Positions 31,001 to 38,685 of a stretch of 64,000 nucleotides of DNA are shown here, piece by piece. How positions within the stretch are numbered: position 1 is the first letter of the stretch; the number at the start of each line of letters is the position of its first letter. Source of the stretch: Bacteroidetes bacterium 2013_40CM_41_45 (GTDB lineage: Bacteria; Bacteroidota; Bacteroidia; AKYH767-A; 2013-40CM-41-45); assembly GCA_002215675.1 (NCBI GenBank), contig NGFH01000002.1, positions 76,975-140,974 on the forward strand. The letters run 5' to 3'. Under the pieces are notes generated by a model that was given only the letters and a program-made list of their open reading frames with translations, made no database searches and was not told where the DNA came from. Made by a program: the position numbers and the translations under genes.

Positions 31001-32785
31001 ATTGAGAAGATTTAAGTCCATGTACCAAGTATAGATATATGGAGTGTGAAAATTTGAACTCTCTACGTTTAGCAGTGCTTGATTTATTTGAATACTGTTG
31101 GTGGAAGTATTATATGTTACTGTACCCGGAATTATTGCCGCTCTGCATGGAAAAAATGCGTAATTATTAAAACCTAATGCATGAAGACTGCTCCAATAGG
31201 GACTTTGCATAACTAAATTTTTCCAATAATTATCTACATTTACTCTGAATGAAGCGCTCCAAAATTCTTTTAAATATAAATCCGCCCAAAACATCCTATT
31301 AGCCATCTCCGAATTTCGAAAAGGTTGTGCAGCTACCCCTTCCACCACTGTCGGACCACCAGTATAATAGGTTGACCAACTTGTTGGTTGAATACTAATA
31401 TGTTGTTCATAAAACGGAGTGACCAATGCCTGCTTGAAGATTTTTTTCTGAGTTTCTGATTCCGCATTTAGGTTAATGACAGCATCACCTGGTTGGGCAG
31501 GAAAAGCATGAAACATAAATTCCAAATCATTTGTACTTTGATTTATGTTCACTCCATACATCTCAATCTTTTTATAATTACCCGGTGGAATTGTAAACTG
31601 ATTTGAAACACCGGGCTGCCAGCTAACAGTTAAAACATAATCATCACACGCATTAAATTGCGAGGAGTTGTTTGGATAAACCTTGATGTACCATATTGTT
31701 GAAAGGCTCAAGGGCTGATTTTTAATAATCACTTCATTAGTGTCACCGCCACGATAACTGCCGGCAAGTGCTGGCTGACTATTTCCTTGCAGACCATATA
31801 ATTCCATGTCATAGTTAGCGGGTAAGCTATTCAAATTAACAGATAAAACTCCGGGGCCATCAATTCCTACTGCGTACCAGTCCTGATCACTTCCAGTAGA
31901 AATATAAGAATGTATTGTTGCAATTTGTGGTGTATTAAAAAGCGGGATTTGAAAAGCAAGATGAGAGGTTTGATATAAATTATTGGGCTCATAATTATCC
32001 AAACAATTTGAATTGAAATGAGTTATACAAATACCCGTGTAAAAAGCATTAAGAATTTGGTCATATGTGTAATTATTCGGTGCATTTGCAAAATCCCTTG
32101 CCCCATATTGACATAATCCAACCCCGTGCCCATAAATATATCCAGGATTTCCAGTTGTCGATATTTGAACATTACAACATGGGTTTTCACCGCTTATGTT
32201 ACAATTTACATGTCCACTACATTGTCTACTTTGAAGATATGGAATTGTGCCGCTAGAAAAATTACAATCTAAGGGCCCATTAGTATGGAATGTTCCCATT
32301 CCATAACTTTGGGTATAATCCCCATTACATCTTGATGCATATTTTGCATCAATAACATTTCCATTATACAAAATTATCTGTCCTGAAGTAGATGCAGCAG
32401 CAGTTGAACAGATAGTACTAACAGAAGAATCAAACGCTTGTCCACAATTAACAGGTTTACCTTGATTATATCTATTCTGCGAAAAAGTACGGGCAGCTAT
32501 TGCCTGTGCCTTTTTTGCTTCAAGCGCTCCAGAGAAAAAGCCTATTTCTCCCTGAACGACCCCAGCAATGTAATCATCGAAATTTATTAATATACAGTTT
32601 GGCCCGTTGCAAGAGTTACCGTTACATGCATTATTTAAACATCCCCCATTATAACCATTGATCAAATGATAAACGCATACTTGAGTTGGTACGTTATTAT
32701 AATTACAGGATTGAGGGTAGCAATTATAAGCGAAAGAAAGATTAAAAAGTAATAAATATGCTTTTCTTAACATCTTATGGGTCAA
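22067..32785 (-). CDS. Giant (3572 aa) T9SS-secreted surface protein: N-terminal SpoIID/LytB-like domain, pre-peptidase C-terminal (PPC) domain, many Ig-like/CARDB/PKD-like repeats, T9SS C-terminal sorting domain
   Basis: Signal peptide. GHGVGLCQYGA (SpoIID/LytB-type motif). DQDWYAVGIDGPG...NYDMELYG (PPC-like). Repeated ~75-aa modules (NPNPVVTAGNNNIICEGVVLNL...YSWTGPNSYTSS...). C-terminal ISIYPNPTEGIFTVEI...GIYYIEINIGKKSVTKKIVKM. Confidence 0.8.
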   Translation of the reverse strand: MTHKMLRKAYLLLFNLSFAYNCYPQSCNYNNVPTQVCVYHLINGYNGGCLNNACNGNSCNGPNCILINFDDYIAGVVQGEIGFFSGALEAKKAQAIAARTFSQNRYNQGKPVNCGQAFDSSVSTICSTAAASTSGQIILYNGNVIDAKYASRCNGDYTQSYGMGTFHTNGPLDCNFSSGTIPYLQSRQCSGHVNCNISGENPCCNVQISTTGNPGYIYGHGVGLCQYGARDFANAPNNYTYDQILNAFYTGICITHFNSNCLDNYEPNNLYQTSHLAFQIPLFNTPQIATIHSYISTGSDQDWYAVGIDGPGVLSVNLNSLPANYDMELYGLQGNSQPALAGSYRGGDTNEVIIKNQPLSLSTIWYIKVYPNNSSQFNACDDYVLTVSWQPGVSNQFTIPPGNYKKIEMYGVNINQSTNDLEFMFHAFPAQPGDAVINLNAESETQKKIFKQALVTPFYEQHISIQPTSWSTYYTGGPTVVEGVAAQPFRNSEMANRMFWADLYLKEFWSASFRVNVDNYWKNLVMQSPYWSSLHALGFNNYAFFPCRAAIIPGTVTYNTSTNSIQINQALLNVESSNFHTPYIYTWYMDLNLLNQNETNDLNNRLNTFDNWITGQLTSREPAVRNLLNNHSAFSQIRQIYTTIALAKQYKAWNHPNKPFSYLFDSHDMTGITDIPVTNQTINSFWHSCFTLSNVFTTTVSSTDFNGANRNTTYGGCVMSNINPIDSGSYSSTQILRDSIVFQDKSYVSQDSTVYFYGGTLDYPIADLIGIILPQTTNRILSDTIQIDATIYNFGNKNAQQFPVRLYEQYTNSQSQLQNILLSQQIINNIDSFSSQNVSFTWTPLTYGNKKLILTIDEGNQVVEKKETNNIAIDSLLIENNIPLVTVVSPANGSAIANQNVTFSGFAYDPHDGYLSNNNLSWASNIDGVLGNGSYLTIASITTGNHTITFTGTNSHGQTASAYINLYVFPQGYPVVIINSPLTGDTLPNNTGIFFSGNALDLNDGSLCGSASWGSNIDSMLGIGCNINRQLSLGNQTISLTAQNTSGHSATASRQITVLNGVPQVAITAPSANSTFYQHQLVTCQATATDYPQGNISGVVHWYSNLQGYLGTGQSISVMMQPGSHIITASVQDNAGSTDTATISINIIFTPPVPVISQPLSNQTFNYHDTINLIGHATDLQDGALHGTNLKWYSTINGFLGFGDTLQISSLTYGYHIISLKAIDSNGADSTVVSNNIFIDAGIPVCTITQPANGANFFFGNSITLSGTATDPQDGIISGSNLQWHSDADGFLGTGSSIVTNSLIAGNQTITLSTTDQDGFTGSAAVNFYIEPPHQPVVSIYFPFNNNHFAHGDTVALKANATDYEEGVLPNHRISWSSNIDGSLGTGGQLPINTLSVGNHTISVIALDTLGASTSAQISITINDGKPVASILSPMPNSIFAQGDTVNLLGQGIDYEDGILGQSNLSWYSSNNSLLGSGSYLSLTALSTGIHEIKLVATDSFGNTDTTNLFFIYQPYMYFLSDTFSNGLSSQTFIYPLGGGNSIAYISLPSVSSVTQATAKITGLPLSTIYTDTIQGISYVTSNIISSFSNPALNTPRGNYRFVRATTADSVMSSTPYDCITEKNVFRRGETVYHWLYFDNLATNFLGWRWENYDSDNFFNWWLEDSISNASTFAWYKAWTWGSEIDKGRFYTKYFSKDIVGGNFTYETTNYYTVSYFVKDTVYNSTFPDAASITLCKDVSSYLPTSPGVTTFSGISDTTAFCWVSLNDIAESLQLKWEWLKPDNTLYSQVTTTTPDPGNNAWYGSLKAWSWINIANNVPASIPGIWKVNFYIKNNTSGLWELITLKTFTISQPSYQQVYPLGPKIDVADNGIYEWVYSGVYQYNQTTPDFATELNNYISVNSTGQGPILIPVKLYSSSAGQLKLDSLSINYYIIDTIRPILSAVVTPFNVLQNGNFNVNATVTDNDIISSVECTYQNNTFSLNNTSGNNFSVMVNAGTSVGLFPIRVIAMDRSGLTSDTILYVNVYSSTPDLEIQNNGIIISPSELFISDTVHLSAIVKNNSNQTIANADVALVIDGVPFQTQTVTLGALSQAQLNFNWLAQLGQDTIGVKADPLDVIAESDENNNTGIRYIVVHDSYPPSILQASATPNPAHVSNPVFFQVNTIDSTGISSVIVNWQSQNVLLTYNSFTTFYEGYINANTVGTSNAVITAYDVNSLSSSTTISIQVLQNLPDLKVFNSDFLFVPSSSGSGSNVLIQAKVRNSGSIDLNNVNVILRVDGFNIGNQSANILHDSSLVFSFPWQVVCGSHLFNVVIDSANSILETNEANNSVSVNHQFCVPVPTYLLNAQAIPAVVSLGSPTNVQLVSAPATTNASVTVLWNNLNTLMPFSSLDSAYSVQIYPTQTGNYSLPVLFTDSNGFQSAAFVQFTVVDSLPDLAVNTISTNYSVLPNSNAAFSLVVSNYSISSVSNVVVYLLSDSQIVDSIVINSMDAFDTIPLVLHWQSLVGTHQLMAVIDPQNQIAESNDLNNSNSIQVTVQDNEPPVIHFIHTSSPNYEGGIVNVESYITDNDSIISVVANYQSSNYTMQFDSSSATWRVALNTPTNGTYTIGITATDNSLLTAYASTAIEVHDTLPDLEVLAQNIIYTHVDSITNTVSAIVQNNGAGSANGVKIHFVINSYVIDSLILNFSAGQIDTVIFTFNYPVGYHIVTISVDPFGQITESNDTNNSASRNIFIPDLIPPSSPVVTVNPSSWSASPNFIVSWNQVFDNSGSVTYEYSVNGNPWINVGTNLSVNLTVNIEGISYVYVRAKDSFGNLSQPGVGEMKYDNTPPNAPLIAEYHCGTLWTTHDSPYLAWLNPGDVGSGIDFFEVEINNQAPINIGFNFSHHPTLTTGTHHIKVRDIDFVGNIGSWSNEITVYIDLDNPPCPLLISPTHPNQNQWNQNDSIALNWVDPVDTSTVVGYYFMLNHDSAYQVNQTGFSVNSDTLIITTIPAMDTSNTRLSDGIWYIHIVSQDSVGHLSDVTCSYKVMIDKTPPLTISNNVDTTNSCNYTFSLSAYDYYSGVSETRYRINNGNWISDTTVTVTNAGLNVIEFYSLDSAGNVEMIDTTIVFVQNGLSLNLGNDTTVCGSIQLTSPIANTYHWSDSSTSQTIQIDSSAVVILEITDSLGCHVADSISILINAPPNAIAGSNSAICVGTTLNLTASGGTFYSWIGPNSYTSSVQNPAIPTVTLADTGIYSVTVIDSNGCSAAVITIVTINPNPVVTAGNNNIICEGVVLNLISNGATSYSWTGPNSYTSSLQNPIITNITLADSGTYTVTGTDNNGCIAIAQVTVTVNPTPVTTVSPNVTYCSGQSTLLTAAGANTYTWSPATALSAPSGVSVTANPTTTTTYTVIGNALGCTATAQVTVSVNLSPILLPLIHINDTIIISPVTSSDTIQWYYQSSPTPGTDDTLLCVGDGYYYGIVTNSFGCSTISDSININPCTVGINELNGLNTISIYPNPTEGIFTVEIKSNNKDKRSLKIFDVIGSIVSEQKDLKNETKHEVDLREKAPGIYYIEINIGKKSVTKKIVKM

Positions 32786-32798
32786 AATTCAGGAAAAA

Positions 32799-33338
32799 TT
32801 AGTGGATATCTTTTTCCATATCCTTTGCTCTTTCTATTTCAATTTTTTCTTTTTGCTTCATTCCCTTTTTATCAAGTAAAATTAATTCCTCTTTTGATAA
32901 AAAGAGTTTTTTAATTTCAAAACTTGAGGTAGATGTTTCATCAGCATTAACTAATACAAACATATTTATCATACCTTCATACCCTTCAAGGGCAGTAGTT
33001 ACCATAAAATAATTAGGATTAATTCCTACCGGGACATTTATAGTGTACTCTCCATTAATATTCGTTTTGACCTCTAACTTCAAATCAATAACTTCTTTCA
33101 TAGATCGAATACTCTTGGCTCCGCTCGGGAGAATATCTACAATTCTTTTATATACCTTAATTTGAACACCTGTGATAGGTTTCTCGGTGATATAATCTAT
33201 AACTCTTCCTGTAATAGTTCCATACTGAGTTTTTGATTCTTGATTATTTTGAGCTTGAACACTGAATAAAAGCGTGCCAATACTCGCAGCTAGAAATAAA
33301 ATTATTTTTAATCTAGATGTCTTTTTTTTCATTTCCAT
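32799..33338 (-). CDS. Secreted carboxypeptidase-regulatory-like (CarbopepD_reg) domain protein, probably co-transcribed with the giant adhesin
   Basis: Signal peptide. GTITGRVIDYITEKPITGVQIKVY motif. 13-nt gap to the downstream giant gene. Confidence 0.55.
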   Translation of the reverse strand: MEMKKKTSRLKIILFLAASIGTLLFSVQAQNNQESKTQYGTITGRVIDYITEKPITGVQIKVYKRIVDILPSGAKSIRSMKEVIDLKLEVKTNINGEYTINVPVGINPNYFMVTTALEGYEGMINMFVLVNADETSTSSFEIKKLFLSKEELILLDKKGMKQKEKIEIERAKDMEKDIH

Positions 33339-33864
33339 TTTACACTTGAAGTAAAATTTAGTCGAGACAGGTAATAAAAAATATTTACAGAATCATTCTC
33401 GCCAAATAACATTTCATCCATCTTGCCGGTAAATGGTTTAGAACATTCTCCTACAATAATACAAAATTTCTGAGCACTAACCCTTCAACATCCTCACATT
33501 AAAATAAATTATCAGGTTTTATTATACAGGATAACACCTTGCATTGCAAGTATGTTTTACGTCTTGGTGAATACTGCCGTCCGCACTTACTTTTCCCCAC
33601 CCTTGACTTGCAATTAAATTCAATGTATGGTATACTATACCAGTAGGATTATCAATTAAATATTACCCATTGTCCCGAGAGGATCGGGCCGAAAAGGCTT
33701 GATGCAAGCAATGGCTTTTGAAGATTGCATATTCCACTCTGAAGTGTAGTATGTAGTTGTTGTACGCCTTACTGCGGACAACGCCCCCGACGGGGGAAGG
33801 AAGGTACCTTCGGGTATTATTCGCCAAAAGCCCACTTGACTTGCATCAGTGGGCTATTTGGTTT

Positions 33865-34794
33865 ATGAAATTAAGTGAAGCAATAGAAAAATTTTCAAAG
33901 TGGCGAACATTTAAGGTTAAGAAATGTACTGTCAAAGGGTACGAGCTTATCCTGAAACAATTCTGCGTATTTGTCCGCAACTGTGATATTGAAAGAGTAC
34001 GACTGGAAGATGTTACATCTTGGTTCAGTCTTTTGAACGATCTTCAGTGGCAGCACAATTCATTCATCACAAAGGCGCAGGCGCTCAGAAAGTTTTTCGA
34101 ATTCTACAAGATGCAGGGTTATTTGGTCCTTGAACCGAACCTTATTCCTCTTCCATCGAAGGAGTACAACATTCCCCGTGTTGCTTCAGAAGAAAATTAT
34201 CGCAAATTATTATCAGCATTTCCTGTTAAAACGAACGACCCAAGGCACATAAGAAATAGGGCAATCGTAATGCTTTTATGGGATACCGGAGCGCGAAACA
34301 GTGAAATTCTTGCGCTTGATGTAAATGATATGGATACAGAGAAAATGCATGCAGTTATAAAGACAGAAAAATCCAAAGGCCGCAGGCCATTCCGGGAAAT
34401 TTTTTGGACTGAAGAAACTAACAAAGCTTTGCTTGCCTGGATTACTAAAAGAGAATTTTTAAAGAAAACAAAAATGCAGCATATGGATGAATGTTTGTTT
34501 CCCTCTATCTGTTCTTCAGCAGGACTAAATTTAAGCGGAAGAAGATTAACCAATAAAGGTGTCGCGGAGTTTTTAAGACGATATTCGAACCGTGCCGGTA
34601 TTCCTTATATAAATGCACACAGTTTCCGCCATCACATGGGTCACGATATTATTTCCCAAGGAGGAAGCGCAGCAGATGTGATGAATATACTTGGTCACGC
34701 TACGCTTGCCAGTTCTTCGATTTATACAATGATGACTGGAAAAGAATTGGAGAATCGCTACAACATATTTAAAAACAGAAAATCGTCTGTGTAA
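33865..34794 (+). CDS. Tyrosine site-specific recombinase/integrase (the ORF-track start at 33757 is probably leader sequence; preferred start MKLSEAIEKF)
   Basis: LWDTGARNSEILAL (Arg box), HSFRHHMGHDI (H-x-x-R) and LGHATLASSSIYT (catalytic Tyr region). Confidence 0.8.
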   Translation: MKLSEAIEKFSKWRTFKVKKCTVKGYELILKQFCVFVRNCDIERVRLEDVTSWFSLLNDLQWQHNSFITKAQALRKFFEFYKMQGYLVLEPNLIPLPSKEYNIPRVASEENYRKLLSAFPVKTNDPRHIRNRAIVMLLWDTGARNSEILALDVNDMDTEKMHAVIKTEKSKGRRPFREIFWTEETNKALLAWITKREFLKKTKMQHMDECLFPSICSSAGLNLSGRRLTNKGVAEFLRRYSNRAGIPYINAHSFRHHMGHDIISQGGSAADVMNILGHATLASSSIYTMMTGKELENRYNIFKNRKSSV

Positions 34795-34954
34795 AGTTGC
34801 TTTCTAATAACCGCTTGCTATACTTTGAGGGCTATTTGCAAACTCAATACTTCATCTGTCATAATTAACAGATGATTTTAAAAAAGGTTTTGTGCGGCTC
34901 ACCCATGAAATATAAGCGCTGTCATGGGAAGTAGGGAATAGATGATGCCACATA

Positions 34955-34982
34955 AAACCTTTGTAACCAAAGGTTTTTTTGT
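34955..34982. terminator. Intrinsic terminator (aaaacctttg-taac-caaaggtttt + T-run)
   Basis: Perfect 10-bp stem with flanking A and T runs. Confidence 0.55.
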
Positions 34983-35174
34983 TTGTGCATAGCGGCCTGT
35001 GGACTTCATAGAATGGTTGGCATTATCCCGAATTACAAGCGGGATCGTTCCGAAGCTAATTCGGGATTGATGCGAGAGGTGCCATTGTAAAAGCTCTGGC
35101 TTCAGCCAGGTTATCCACAGACCGCTCCGCATAAAGGAGCAGGTCGAATTAATATTTAATACAAAATTTTACTT

Positions 35175-35375
35175 ATGTTAATTTATGACATCTGCGTGCG
35201 AAGGAATTACGAGAAGGAGGGGGAAAAAAAAGTCATTTGGTATAAAGTCGGGTTTTTAAAGGTGGCAGAAACCGGTAAGAAATATATCCGCCTCTTTCAG
35301 CAGCCCAATACGGACTTTTTTGTTTTTGAAAATAAGGAGAAACAGGAAGAAACTACAGAGGAAAAACAGTCATGA
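35175..35375 (+). CDS. Hypothetical small protein (66 aa)
   Basis: ORF whose stop overlaps the start of the next gene (ATGA). Confidence 0.35.
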   Translation: MLIYDICVRRNYEKEGEKKVIWYKVGFLKVAETGKKYIRLFQQPNTDFFVFENKEKQEETTEEKQS

Positions 35376-35710
35376 GCATAGGGACTACATCTGTCCCCAA
35401 TGCTCTTTTTGATTTGCACCTTAGGAGTTTAAAACTGGCGGAAATAAAAGTCCTGTTGGTGATATATCAAATGTTAAATGTAGGCGATAAGACTGCCCTA
35501 CAATGTAATTGGCTTTCAGGTAAGCAAATGCAAGCTAAAACAGGAAGTTCAAGACGAGCTATTTCTTCCGCCATTGAAATGCTTGTCCAAAAAGGACTTA
35601 TTGAAGTAATCGACAGACAGGGAAATATTCTAAGAGAACCGGTGAGAAGAAAAGGCAAGACAAAATTACTCTTCCGGCTCTCTCCCTTTCTGTCACAGAA
35701 GGGAGAATGA
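35372..35710 (+). CDS. Hypothetical DNA-binding (winged-helix-like) protein
   Basis: LSGKQMQAKTGSSRRAISSAIEMLVQKGLIEV resembles a helix-turn-helix. Confidence 0.4.
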   Translation: MSIGTTSVPNALFDLHLRSLKLAEIKVLLVIYQMLNVGDKTALQCNWLSGKQMQAKTGSSRRAISSAIEMLVQKGLIEVIDRQGNILREPVRRKGKTKLLFRLSPFLSQKGE

Positions 35711-35805
35711 AAGAATACATTATCAATTCTAATTAAAATAAACATGCAAGATTCAAAACATGAAATCTCAGTTGAAGAAATTAGAAGCTGTTGGAATGAA
35801 AGAAA

Positions 35806-36801
35806 ATGATTCTCCGAAAACACTTGAACAAAGTGATTTGTGGAGATGCACTTGAAACGTTAAAAAAATTTCCATCGGCTTCCATTGACTGTGCCATATT
35901 CTCGCCACCGTATTGGCAAATGCGCGATTACCGGTGGAAAGGACAATGGGGGCAGGAGAAGTCATTTGAAGAGTACCTAGAACGATTATGGCGCTTTATG
36001 GACGAATTAAAACGGGTTTTAAAGGCACGGGGTACGGTCTGGGTTAATATAGGTGACACCTATGGCAAACTGCCCGCTAAAACTCTGCTCCTGCTTCCGC
36101 ACCGCTTCGCTGTCGGTTGTCAGGAGCGTGGGTGGCTAATCCGCAACGATATTGTTTGGGCAAAACCGAACGGCATGCCGGAGAGCGTCAAAGACCGCTT
36201 CTCCAAAAAGCATGAGTATATCTTCTTCCTAACCAAAAGCAAAAAATACTACTTCGATTTGGACAGCGTAAGAGAGCAGCACAAAACTGCTTCCTTTGAA
36301 CGGTTGCAGCGAGGAGTTTCCGAAAATAAGGGTGGAGGCGGTCAATCTGTACACAGTATTTCGCAGCCGCGTCCGCATCTCACTAAGATTATAAAGTTAG
36401 ATGCGGAACATTATGGCTCACCGCGGGCAAGATACCATCGTGGTGATGGCACCGTGCGCTCCTTACATCCTAAAGGCAAGAACCCGGGTGATGTCTCAGA
36501 CTTTTGGAGTATCTCCACGAAGCCGAACTTCCAAAAGCATTTTGCTTCCTATAACTACGAGCTCATCAATAAACCCATTCTTGCCGGCTGTCCTAAGGAT
36601 GGAATCGTTCTCGATCCGTTCTGCGGCATAGCTACAACTGGAGTCAGAGCAATTGAACTCGGCAGAAAATTCATCGGCATTGAAGGCAAGAAGTCGTATT
36701 GCAAAATGGCGATGAAAAATATTGCGGCGGCAGAAAATTATCAGTTAAACAAACATAACTATGAACGAAAACACATTTCCATTTACAAAAGAACAGCTTG
36801 A
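35806..36801 (+). CDS. DNA amino-methyltransferase (N6-adenine or N4-cytosine), beta-class
   Basis: SPPY motif (IFSPPYWQM) near the N-terminus and FxGxG motif I near the C-terminus (DPFCGIATTG). Confidence 0.7.
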   Translation: MILRKHLNKVICGDALETLKKFPSASIDCAIFSPPYWQMRDYRWKGQWGQEKSFEEYLERLWRFMDELKRVLKARGTVWVNIGDTYGKLPAKTLLLLPHRFAVGCQERGWLIRNDIVWAKPNGMPESVKDRFSKKHEYIFFLTKSKKYYFDLDSVREQHKTASFERLQRGVSENKGGGGQSVHSISQPRPHLTKIIKLDAEHYGSPRARYHRGDGTVRSLHPKGKNPGDVSDFWSISTKPNFQKHFASYNYELINKPILAGCPKDGIVLDPFCGIATTGVRAIELGRKFIGIEGKKSYCKMAMKNIAAAENYQLNKHNYERKHISIYKRTA

Positions 36802-37045
36802 ACGATTCAGAAACGAAATAGATGAAGCTGGGAGTTTTGAGAAATTAATGATTAAGAAAAGAGCCCTAGTTCGAAGGGACGGACAGAAATGTATCGCTTA
36901 CTACTACGATATGGAAAGATACAAAAGAATACACTTAAACGGAGTTTATGAATCGCTCCATCCCATGTACGAAACCGTCATGCCTTACGTTTTCTGGAGC
37001 GATATGTACGAGATATTACAACAGAGCGAAGCTAAAAAAATATGA
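36761..37045 (+). CDS. Hypothetical protein (94 aa) overlapping both flanking methyltransferase genes
   Basis: ORF whose stop overlaps the start of the Dam-like gene (ATGA). Confidence 0.35.
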   Translation: MNENTFPFTKEQLERFRNEIDEAGSFEKLMIKKRALVRRDGQKCIAYYYDMERYKRIHLNGVYESLHPMYETVMPYVFWSDMYEILQQSEAKKI

Positions 37046-37833
37046 GGACACCACTAACCTATTTCGGTGGTAAACAAAAACTTGCAAAGCATATTCTTCC
37101 TTTAATTCCAAAACATAACCTATACTGTGAACCTTTTTTCGGAGGCGGTGCAATTTTCTTTGCCAAACAGCCGTCAGAAATTGAGGTTGTCAATGATATC
37201 AACGGAGATCTGATTAATTTCTACTTTGTAATGAAAAATGATTTTAAGAAGTTACAGAAAGAAATTAAGGTAACGCTTCACAGCAGAGAATATCATCATA
37301 TAGCAAAAATAGTTTTGGGTTATCCACAGTTATTCAATAACGTAAAGCGTGCTTGGGCTATATGGGTACTTGCTAATGAAAGCTATTCTTCCCGGCTTGA
37401 TTCAGATTGGGGATATGATAGGAAAAAAAATACATCTGCAAAGCGCTTGCAACACAAAAGAGAAGATTTCTCCGATGATTATGCGAAGCGTCTTGAACAA
37501 ACCGAGATTGAAAACACGGATGCGCTTAAAGTCATTGAAACAAGGGATAGCAAACAGAGTTTTTTCTACTGTGACCCGCCTTATTTCAATGCAAGCCGGG
37601 GGCATTACATTAAATACTCAGAACAAGATTTTGAAAACCTGCTGAAGTTGCTCGCAACGATTAAAGGAAAATTTCTTTTGAGTTCCTATCCCTCCGAATT
37701 GCTCAACAAATATTCAAAGAAGAACCACTGGCATACGAGGGAAATCGATATGTCGCTTGATATTACTGCGAAGTTCAATACCGGGAAGAGGAAAAAGGAG
37801 ACCCTGACGTCTAATTACAACCTTAATCTTTGA
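37042..37833 (+). CDS. Dam-family DNA adenine methyltransferase (alpha-class)
   Basis: YFGGK, EPFFGGGA (motif I) and DPPY (FFYCDPPYFNASRGHY). Confidence 0.8.
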   Translation: MRTPLTYFGGKQKLAKHILPLIPKHNLYCEPFFGGGAIFFAKQPSEIEVVNDINGDLINFYFVMKNDFKKLQKEIKVTLHSREYHHIAKIVLGYPQLFNNVKRAWAIWVLANESYSSRLDSDWGYDRKKNTSAKRLQHKREDFSDDYAKRLEQTEIENTDALKVIETRDSKQSFFYCDPPYFNASRGHYIKYSEQDFENLLKLLATIKGKFLLSSYPSELLNKYSKKNHWHTREIDMSLDITAKFNTGKRKKETLTSNYNLNL

Positions 37834-37885
37834 TAAGTTTGTGAAAAACTGATAAAGTTCTATTTTTGTAGAAAATAAAATAACT

Positions 37886-38227
37886 ATGTCATTATCGATT
37901 ACAGACCTTGATGAGTTCCATCAATATTTTAATGGAGTTATGAGCCGAACTGCTCATCACGCACCGAATGTGGATGAAATTATTTTTACAATTGTCGGAG
38001 GTGTTCTTTGGAAAGCAACTCACAATATAAAAGTCAGAGAACAAGACGGAGAAACAAAAAATATACTTTGGTTCAATGTCGGTGATAAACGTTATACATT
38101 AAGGTATGAACATGGCAATGGTGGAAGTATAGAACTTCTGTCAGGTACGTTACAAGGATCATTTGTGGCGCGTTTTGATAATCAAACAACTCTATCGGCT
38201 GTCCGGCAAGTATTTTCCACCCTTTAA
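37886..38227 (+). CDS. Hypothetical protein, 113 aa
   Basis: ORF only. Confidence 0.4.
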   Translation: MSLSITDLDEFHQYFNGVMSRTAHHAPNVDEIIFTIVGGVLWKATHNIKVREQDGETKNILWFNVGDKRYTLRYEHGNGGSIELLSGTLQGSFVARFDNQTTLSAVRQVFSTL

Positions 38228-38246
38228 ATCTTAATACACTATATCA

Positions 38247-38591
38247 ATGGAATCAATAATAGCGCATAATAGGACAGCAGTTGTACTAAATGCAAACCAA
38301 GAACAACATATTTCGTTTGGTACTAATATCGATGCAACAGAAGCAAGAGTGTATTTGCGATATCCTCCACTTAAAAACGACAGTAGACTGGAAATTTTCT
38401 TTTCTGATACTGATGGTAGAAAGGCAGGAAACGGGCATGTGATTCTATCGAATAGTGGAACTTCAGAATTCACATTAGAATTCTCAGATGAACAATATGT
38501 AGGTATGAAATCATATATTTTTAATGGAATAGCGTTCAAATGCCCTCATAACTTCACTTTTGAATTCTGGATTGAAAGGCAACCATTATAA
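38247..38591 (+). CDS. Hypothetical protein, 114 aa
   Basis: ORF only. Confidence 0.4.
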   Translation: MESIIAHNRTAVVLNANQEQHISFGTNIDATEARVYLRYPPLKNDSRLEIFFSDTDGRKAGNGHVILSNSGTSEFTLEFSDEQYVGMKSYIFNGIAFKCPHNFTFEFWIERQPL

Positions 38592-38685
38592 ATCTATAAC
38601 ATTCGAGTTGATTCACTAGGCGCGATGCATTTTTTGTAGAATCGATACGAAATGTTAGGTTTGTGTTCACGAGATTAGCTCTATA

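Noticed and set aside
34899-35132. 77-aa minus-strand ORF
   Set aside because: It overlaps a highly structured non-coding region and a terminator and has no plausible start context.
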